Shown piece after piece: positions 58,323 through 64,000 of a stretch of DNA of 64,000 nt. The notes beneath the pieces were generated by a model. It had not been told where the DNA came from. It was given only the letters and a program-made list of their open reading frames with translations, and made no database searches. Positions within the stretch are counted from its first letter, which is position 1. Every line of letters begins with the position of its first letter. Source of the DNA: Candidatus Doudnabacteria bacterium (GTDB lineage Bacteria > Patescibacteriota > JAQUNI01); assembly GCA_041644975.1 (NCBI GenBank), contig JBAZQX010000002.1, positions 84,603 to 148,602 of the forward strand, in the 5' to 3' direction. Both the position numbers and the translations under genes were made by a program.

Positions 58323-58358
58323 TTTTTTAACATTAATTTTGATTCCAAGGGAATCAAA

Positions 58359-58928
58359 GTGAGTAAAAAAACTATGATTATTTTATGGATCATCCTTGGT
58401 GTGGGAGCGCTGTTGGTATTCTTCATCATTGGAGTCTACAACGGCCTCATAAAATTAAAAAATCTGACGGAAGAGGCTTGGTCAGATATTGATGTGCAGC
58501 TCAAAAGGCGGTACAACCTCATTCCTAATTTGGTTAATACGGTGAAGGGATATGCCGCTCATGAAAAAGAAGTTTTTCAGAAAGTAACTGAAGCGCGCGC
58601 CCGCGCGATGGGTGCGAAAAATCCCGAAGAGATGGCGGAAGCCGAACAGGGACTCTCTGGGGCATTGAAGACTTTATTCGCCGTTGCCGAAAATTATCCA
58701 GAATTAAAAGCCAATGAGAATTTTTTGAAACTACAGGAAGATTTAACAGACACGGAGAATAAGATTGAGGCAGCGCGCCGGTTTTACAATGGTAATGTGA
58801 GGGATTACAATACCAGGCAAGAAGTTTTTCCATACAGTATAATTGCCAAGACGTTTGGATTTACAAAACAGCAGTTTTTCCAGACCGAAAATGAGGAGGA
58901 AAGAGAGGCGCCCGAGGTGAAGTTCTAG
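58359..58928 (+). CDS. lemA: LemA family protein
   Basis: YNGL..EAWSDIDVQLKRR.NLIPNLV.TVKGYA.HE, AVAENYPELKANENF, RRFYN. Confidence 0.95.
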   Translation: MSKKTMIILWIILGVGALLVFFIIGVYNGLIKLKNLTEEAWSDIDVQLKRRYNLIPNLVNTVKGYAAHEKEVFQKVTEARARAMGAKNPEEMAEAEQGLSGALKTLFAVAENYPELKANENFLKLQEDLTDTENKIEAARRFYNGNVRDYNTRQEVFPYSIIAKTFGFTKQQFFQTENEEEREAPEVKF

Positions 58929-59103
58929 CGAGTATTTTTTCATCTTGTGTTTTCCCTGCCTCCTCCTTGGCCTTGCTCTGCCGACCTGTCCGCCGAAGTG
59001 AAACGAAGGAGGAAGCTCTAAAGAGCGTAGGTGGGTAAGGGGGAGTGATTCTTTCTCCCCTGACAAGGGGAGATGAAAGAGGGGTTTTTAACTTAATAAA
59101 ATT

Positions 59104-59136
59104 AATCCCCCGCCTTTGAAGGCGGGGGATTTTTTC
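59104..59136. terminator. GC-rich hairpin between converging genes (probable bidirectional terminator)
   Basis: AATCCCCCGCCTT-TG-AAGGCGGGGGATT followed by T-tract. Confidence 0.7.
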
Positions 59137-59246
59137 TTTTCTTTTGTTTTTTCTCCTGCTTTGCCTTTATTTAATTTCAGGCAAAGCAGGTTTTATCTCA
59201 CGAAAAAAGCGCTTTTACGGAGATTGATCTTGTGTAAAATTACTGA

Positions 59247-60416
59247 TTATTTACCGAAAGCAGTGATTGTTGAATTTTTATCTGTATGCGAGACCACGAT
59301 AATCATTCCGGGACTTACTGTGGCTGGCGTGGTAATCTCACCGGCTAATTTCTTTTTCCAAATCAGAGTGCCCGCGCGGTCCACGCAGTAGAAATTACCG
59401 CTTTGGTTACCAAAGCATATTTTTTTATCGGCGACAATCGGAGAGGCTTCCGAGGCTACGCCACTTTTGTAGCGCCAAAAGATATTGCCATTATCGCTAC
59501 CCATACTAGTTAGTTCACCATTGCCGTTTAAAGCATAAATACGGTTATAGGCGAGGGCGGGGGCATCGTTAAATTCATCGCCTCCTTCTTTAGACCAGGA
59601 GAGCGTGCCATCACTGTAACGGAATGCGTATATTTTACCGTCTGTGCCTCCGGCATAAATCAAGTTATTTCCCGCTGATACAGAGGTCAATTTGGTGTTC
59701 GCGTCCGTTTCATATGACCAATATTGGTTGCCATTACTGGGATTCAGGCAAAAAAGCTCAAATTTGTTCTCCGTGTTTGTTTCCACGCCCACGTAAATTT
59801 TGTTTTTGTAAATCGCGGGCGAGGTTGAAATTTTGTCCCCTAGTTTTTCGCGCCAATCCCTTTTACCCGTTTGCACATTTAAGGCGTAAAGATAGCCATC
59901 TTCTGAACCTATAAAGACCTGATTTCCGAGAATAACCGGTGAAGAATTAATTATTCCTTCGGTGAGATGGCGCCAAACCTGTTTTCCATCCTGTACATTT
60001 AAAGCGTAGACAAATTTATCTTGACCGCCGATAATTACTTTATTCGCGCTGATGGTCGGCGAAGATTTCCCAAAGGATTTTTGTCCTTTGAAAGTCCACA
60101 GTTCTTTGCCAGTCTTTAAATCAAGAGCGTGCACTTTTCCGTCTAAAGCGCCAAAAAAGACTTTATTCTCGGCAACCGTGGGAGAGCCCAGGATGACTCC
60201 TTTTTGATTGCCTTTCTCTTTGAGTTCATAAGCCCAGGCGACCGTAGCATTGGCTGGCGATCCGCTGGTGGAAAATCCTGTCCGGCTGACATCGCCGTGA
60301 AAGGTGAACCAGGTACTTGCTGATAAACCCAGAAGATCAGGCTTAATAATGGTAATGCAGAAAACAGCAAGGGCGCCTGTACCCACACAAAGAAGAAGGG
60401 TTAAAACCTTTTTCAT
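59247..60416 (-). CDS. PQQ-like beta-propeller repeat protein (BamB-like)
   Basis: W.TFHGD..RTG; repeated SSP.I...VFIGS.DG.LYAL...TG...W blades. Confidence 0.9.
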   Translation of the reverse strand: MKKVLTLLLCVGTGALAVFCITIIKPDLLGLSASTWFTFHGDVSRTGFSTSGSPANATVAWAYELKEKGNQKGVILGSPTVAENKVFFGALDGKVHALDLKTGKELWTFKGQKSFGKSSPTISANKVIIGGQDKFVYALNVQDGKQVWRHLTEGIINSSPVILGNQVFIGSEDGYLYALNVQTGKRDWREKLGDKISTSPAIYKNKIYVGVETNTENKFELFCLNPSNGNQYWSYETDANTKLTSVSAGNNLIYAGGTDGKIYAFRYSDGTLSWSKEGGDEFNDAPALAYNRIYALNGNGELTSMGSDNGNIFWRYKSGVASEASPIVADKKICFGNQSGNFYCVDRAGTLIWKKKLAGEITTPATVSPGMIIVVSHTDKNSTITAFGK

Positions 60417-60572
60417 ATTTTTGATTTTAATTTTTTATGATTTTCAAAGTTAGCTTGATTATAGCACATCTCTACTTTATGCGCAAAAGGCGTGGATTAT
60501 TTATCCCCAGTTGTGATGAGAGAAATAAAGAACCAATAATGGTATAATAGAATCAATAATAATTATTAGTTT

Positions 60573-60629
60573 ACCCCGTTAGAAATAAATTTCTAAGCAG
60601 GGTTAGAGAATAAAGTTCTCCAACGGGGT
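60573..60629. repeat. Composite CCCCGTTAG palindrome
   Basis: ACCCCGTTAGAAATAAATTTCTAA..GGGTTAGAGAATAAAGTTCTCCAACGGGGT. Confidence 0.8.
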
Positions 60630-60637
60630 TTACAAGA

Positions 60638-60880
60638 ATGATTTTTGGCGTAATTTTGGTGGCAATAGGGGTAATTTTTCTATTGCAAAACCTAGACATT
60701 ATTACGGGCAACGCGTGGAAGATTATTTGGCCGATAGTGGTGATTTTGATTGGGATTGGGTTTATCTTTAGTCGGCGGCGGCGTCTCGCGGATCAGAATC
60801 AGCCTAACCGCCGCAGGTTTTTTAAAGAGAGACCTGGCCATTTTGAGCAAGAAAGCGGAAAGCGGGGCAAGGAGGAATAG
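60638..60880 (+). CDS. Small LiaI/LiaF-TM-like (DUF5668-like) membrane protein
   Basis: GVILVAIGVIFLLQNL..W..IWPIVVILIG. Confidence 0.75.
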   Translation: MIFGVILVAIGVIFLLQNLDIITGNAWKIIWPIVVILIGIGFIFSRRRRLADQNQPNRRRFFKERPGHFEQESGKRGKEE

Positions 60881-60928
60881 ATTTAAGCGATCCAGAAAGG
60901 GGAGGGGTTTTTATTCCTTAAGCATTTT

Positions 60929-60958
60929 ACTCCGATAGAAATAAATTTCTAACGGGGT
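60929..60958. repeat. CCCCGTTAG-family palindrome overlapping the rpe stop codon
   Basis: TAGAAATAAATTTCTAACGGGG; on the minus strand it supplies CCC CGT TAG. Confidence 0.75.
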
Positions 60959-61608
60959 TTACGCATCTGGCGGGTATTTTTTACATAGGCTGGACTCGCG
61001 AAAACACTGGAACTGCCCCCTACGAAAATATTAGCGCCCGCCTTTTTCAATAACCCTAGGTTGTGCTCGCCAATGTTGCCGTCCACTTCAATTTCTATTT
61101 TTAGATTTTGTTTTTGAATCATCGTCTTCAGCTCCCTCACTTTATCTAAAACCGCGGGAATCCATTTTTGTCCCGCAAAGCCGGGGTTCACGGTCATCAG
61201 GAGGACGAGATCCAGCTCGGGAAGAAGATATTGAATTGTAGAAAGAGGGGTGGCGGGATTGAGAGCAATGGTCGCTTTCGCGCCGAGAGTTTTAATTTGC
61301 GCTAAGACGCGTTGGGGGTGAAGATTGGCTTCAATATGAAAAGAGAGAATATCTCTTTTTTTTAATTCCCAGAGGTCAAGATATTGCTCGGGATGCTCAA
61401 TCATCAGATGAATGTCTAAGGGTAGATGAGAAAACCCTCTTATTTTTTTAACTAAGTCAGGACCGAAAGTAAAATTCGGGACGAAATGCCCATCCATAAT
61501 GTCAATGTGGAGATAGTCCACCCCGGCTTTTTCTAGTTTTTTAATCTCCGCCGCGATATTCCCTAAATCAGCACACATTAGAGAGGCGGAAATCTTGGGT
61601 CGGAACAT
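60949..61608 (-). CDS. rpe: Ribulose-phosphate 3-epimerase
   Basis: HIDIMDGHFVPNFTFG, DIHLMI, LMTVNPGFAGQ, EVDG, GS. Confidence 0.95.
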   Translation of the reverse strand: MFRPKISASLMCADLGNIAAEIKKLEKAGVDYLHIDIMDGHFVPNFTFGPDLVKKIRGFSHLPLDIHLMIEHPEQYLDLWELKKRDILSFHIEANLHPQRVLAQIKTLGAKATIALNPATPLSTIQYLLPELDLVLLMTVNPGFAGQKWIPAVLDKVRELKTMIQKQNLKIEIEVDGNIGEHNLGLLKKAGANIFVGGSSSVFASPAYVKNTRQMRKPR

Positions 61609-61644
61609 AGTATTTCTTATATTAAAAAATAAAAAATTATTCCA

Positions 61645-62868
61645 TTAGTGTCTCCTTGGTCTAAATATGCCGCCCTTTAAAGTTTTGCTCAATAGCTCTT
61701 CCCATTCCTTCGCAATCGTCTCCCAACCAAATCCAGCGAGAGCGCGTTTTCTTCCATTTTGGCCAATCTCTTTGAGGTTAGCGGGGTTTTTTAGGAGGCG
61801 GATAATAAGGGGGGCAAGTTCTTCTTGGTGGCGGAAAACAAAACCAGTTGCTTGATTCTGAATGGTTTCTTCTAGAGCGGAAAGACCACCACCCACCACC
61901 GGTGTCCCTGCTGCTTGAGCTTCTAGCGCGCTAATGCAAGATGATTCTTGGTTTTGGACTTGGGGATTAACGACCACGAGAGCGGCGGACATCATTTCTT
62001 TTGCGAGCAAGGAGGGGGGGAGAGCGCCTCGGAGATAAAGATGGTCGCGGATCCTTCCCTCTTCATTATAAATATATTTTTTGATTTGAGCAAAAAATTC
62101 ATCGCCGTCAAAATAACCCGTTACTTTATCCGCATTTTCTTTTTTATACTGCTCTATGGAACCGCACATATGCAACTCTGCTTGGGGTAGATCTTTCTGA
62201 ATTTGAGGAAAGACTTTCAGAATTTTGTCTGGATTTTTTTGCCGGTTAAAAACACCAACGTAAAGGATTTTATAGGGTTTTTTCGCGATGCGGCGGTAAA
62301 GTTTTTCAGAAAAGAGATCAAGATTCACCCCATTATAAATGAAAGTAAACTTATTTTTGATTTTTTGGCGGTAGGTTGGGTGGAAAAAATATTTCATTTT
62401 GAATCGGGGAGGAAAATGTTTCACAGTGTGATGAAGCACGACTTGGCGGGCATGATGGGTGCTGCAGACTACCTCGTTAATTCGGTTGGCGAGAAGGTGT
62501 TCCACGGTGTTTGGTTTGAGGCTTAAGCCATTCGCCCAGCAGACGGTTTTTTGAACCGAGGGCTTGTGGTAGAGGAGGACGTTGGATAGGTCGCCCACGA
62601 GAATGAGAATGTCTGCTTGCCCTATTTTTTGAAAGGCAATTCTAATTTCCTTTTCCGAATTTGCGCCTTGGGCAGAGAGGGGAATCCACTGAATATGGTC
62701 TATTTCTTTCTCCTCTGGTGTTTGGCAAATAAAAAAAACTTGATGTTTATGAGCAAGTTGTTTGGCAAGATATCCGGCGGCAAACTCTGTTCCACCCACA
62801 GGATCTTTTTGGAAAGTTTCTGTATTGAATTTTTTGGGATAATCTCCGCGGTAAAAGATAATTTTCAT
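61645..62868 (-). CDS. Glycosyltransferase family 4 (GT-B)
   Basis: GGTE, IYNGV, QKNPD, ESSCISALEAQAAGTPVV, WETIAKEW. Confidence 0.88.
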   Translation of the reverse strand: MKIIFYRGDYPKKFNTETFQKDPVGGTEFAAGYLAKQLAHKHQVFFICQTPEEKEIDHIQWIPLSAQGANSEKEIRIAFQKIGQADILILVGDLSNVLLYHKPSVQKTVCWANGLSLKPNTVEHLLANRINEVVCSTHHARQVVLHHTVKHFPPRFKMKYFFHPTYRQKIKNKFTFIYNGVNLDLFSEKLYRRIAKKPYKILYVGVFNRQKNPDKILKVFPQIQKDLPQAELHMCGSIEQYKKENADKVTGYFDGDEFFAQIKKYIYNEEGRIRDHLYLRGALPPSLLAKEMMSAALVVVNPQVQNQESSCISALEAQAAGTPVVGGGLSALEETIQNQATGFVFRHQEELAPLIIRLLKNPANLKEIGQNGRKRALAGFGWETIAKEWEELLSKTLKGGIFRPRRH

Positions 62869-62930
62869 AGTTTTTTATTTGTCTCTAAAAATTTTGATGA
62901 GAAGATAAGATTTTATGGTATAATGGAAGT

Positions 62931-63119
62931 AATCAAATTTTTAATTGACCTAATTCTAATTAGTCTAATTAACCGTTCCGCGCTTTGGAGGTCCGCTCTT
63001 CGAGTCTGAACGACCTAAGGCGAATAGTGAATCGTGTCGCACTTTTCATGGCTATGCCAGACTTCAGTCCGAAGGATCTTCAGACGTGCGACCTCCATTT
63101 AGGAAAATTAGAAATTCCC
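62931..63119 (+). ncRNA. Candidate structured RNA (6S-like rod) or nested palindromic repeat
   Basis: TGGTATAAT at 62916-62924; nested stems 62936-62953/63099-63116, TGGAGGT/ACCTCCA, GTCTGAA/TTCAGAC. Confidence 0.3.
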
Positions 63120-63122
63120 TTT

Positions 63123-63431
63123 ATGCTTTATTTACTATTCATCTCTCTCTATCTAATTTTTGGCTTAATTCTTTTTTTGTTAGTTTATTGTGTATTCAGC
63201 TTCTTTCGTGTCCGGAGGGGAAAAAGAGAAGGTTCGCTTCCTAGCCGCTTGAAAAGCGCCTTGCGATTTTTGGAGGCGGAAGGTAGCGTGACAATGGATG
63301 AGTATGGAGACTATTTTAGTATCTCGGGAGAATCAAGTTTTAAAGATTTAGAGATGTTAGAGAATTTAGGTTTTGCGGAGAGGGTGGGAGAAGGAAGAGA
63401 TATTTATTATCGTTTTATCGGACGAACTTAA
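63123..63431 (+). CDS. Membrane-anchored winged-helix (DeoR-like HTH) protein
   Basis: TM then L.FL...GSVT..EY...F.IS..SS.KDL..L...G...RVGEGR..YY. Confidence 0.65.
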   Translation: MLYLLFISLYLIFGLILFLLVYCVFSFFRVRRGKREGSLPSRLKSALRFLEAEGSVTMDEYGDYFSISGESSFKDLEMLENLGFAERVGEGRDIYYRFIGRT

Positions 63432-63461
63432 AATGGAGGCGCGAAATTTCACGTTGCTATT

Positions 63462-64000
63462 TTAAAGGTTAGGGTTTTTTAGTTTATGGTTGACGCGAAA
63501 AAAGATTTTATCTTTTAGTCTTTGCCCTAAGCCGTTGATACTTTGGTGACCCAAAAGGATAAATCCGGGGATGGTCATCACGAGGGTAATAATGCGCAGG
63601 ATTATTACAAAAGAGATTCCCGTTCCTAAAGGCACATTGGTGATGAGAGATAATAGGCCTTGGCCTAATTCATGGATGCCCAAGAGAGTAGGGATGGGAA
63701 TTAAAATGAGAGCTTGGGTGAGAGAGAAGATTAGAATTAACTCTAAAAAACTGGACGCATAGCCTAAGAAAAGGATGATAAGATAGAAACGGAGGATATA
63801 GCAACTAATATTAAGGAAAGCAAGTAAAATAGTGAGGGGAAAGTCGCGAGGGTAATGATGCAGATAATAAATTATACAGCGGTCAATATTGTGAATAACT
63901 TTTTTATTTTTCTGGAAAAATGCGAATTTTTTTAAGCCGAAGTAATGGGTAGCGAGGCTGAAGAAGCCGCGTCTTTGGATCGTGTAATAGAAAAAGGCGA
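63462..64000 (-). CDS. Lysylphosphatidylglycerol synthase TM / flippase-like protein (5' end outside the window)
   Basis: Frame is open to the window edge; LIPIPTLLGIHE..GISFVIILRI. Confidence 0.7.
   Translation of the reverse strand, partial: AFFYYTIQRRGFFSLATHYFGLKKFAFFQKNKKVIHNIDRCIIYYLHHYPRDFPLTILLAFLNISCYILRFYLIILFLGYASSFLELILIFSLTQALILIPIPTLLGIHELGQGLLSLITNVPLGTGISFVIILRIITLVMTIPGFILLGHQSINGLGQRLKDKIFFRVNHKLKNPNL

Noticed and set aside
37291-60958. CRISPR array from the roughly 30-bp palindromes
   Set aside because: Copies are dispersed over kilobases with no regular spacers and no cas genes.
63060-63085. SRP RNA suggested by CAGTCCGAAGGA
   Set aside because: Lacks the conserved CAGG..GNRA..AGCAG domain IV context.
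1-64000. Alternative genetic code 25, tRNA or rRNA genes
   Set aside because: Conserved genes are full length in code 11 and TGA acts as a stop; no cloverleaf or rRNA signature was recognised by eye.

Overview
AT-rich bacterial DNA read with the standard code 11. It is most consistent with a Patescibacteria/CPR genome: A-rich leaders mostly without Shine-Dalgarno motifs, many single-pass membrane-anchored proteins, DUF5663-like, DUF2207, LemA and bPH genes, and many short palindromic repeats. No rRNA, tRNA, CRISPR array, integrase or transposase was seen. From 1 to about 38.5 kb every credible gene is on the + strand. Between about 1.7 and 21.5 kb, unrelated single genes (C39-like peptidase, GLUG/HYR adhesin, prohibitin, ArsM, M23 peptidase, P-type ATPase, Cys-rich surface proteins) are separated by at least 10 degenerate copies of one modular intergenic spacer. 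The spacer consists of a terminator-like hairpin E, motif A, segments B and C, and hairpin/promoter D. This looks like a repeat-mediated gene-cassette array with no integrase or attC sites in view. Layered on top are several families of tiny palindromic elements that nest inside each other with short duplications, a MITE with 7-bp target duplications, and palindromes inserted in frame in proteins. The right half holds a Gfo/Idh/MocA plus TIM-barrel sugar module split by an L7/L12-CTD-like gene, NUDIX and HD hydrolases, a membrane kinase-like protein, a 1600-aa protein ending in a GT-A glycosyltransferase domain, DUF2207-lemA, rpe and a GT4. All family calls come from motif recognition by eye, not database searches.
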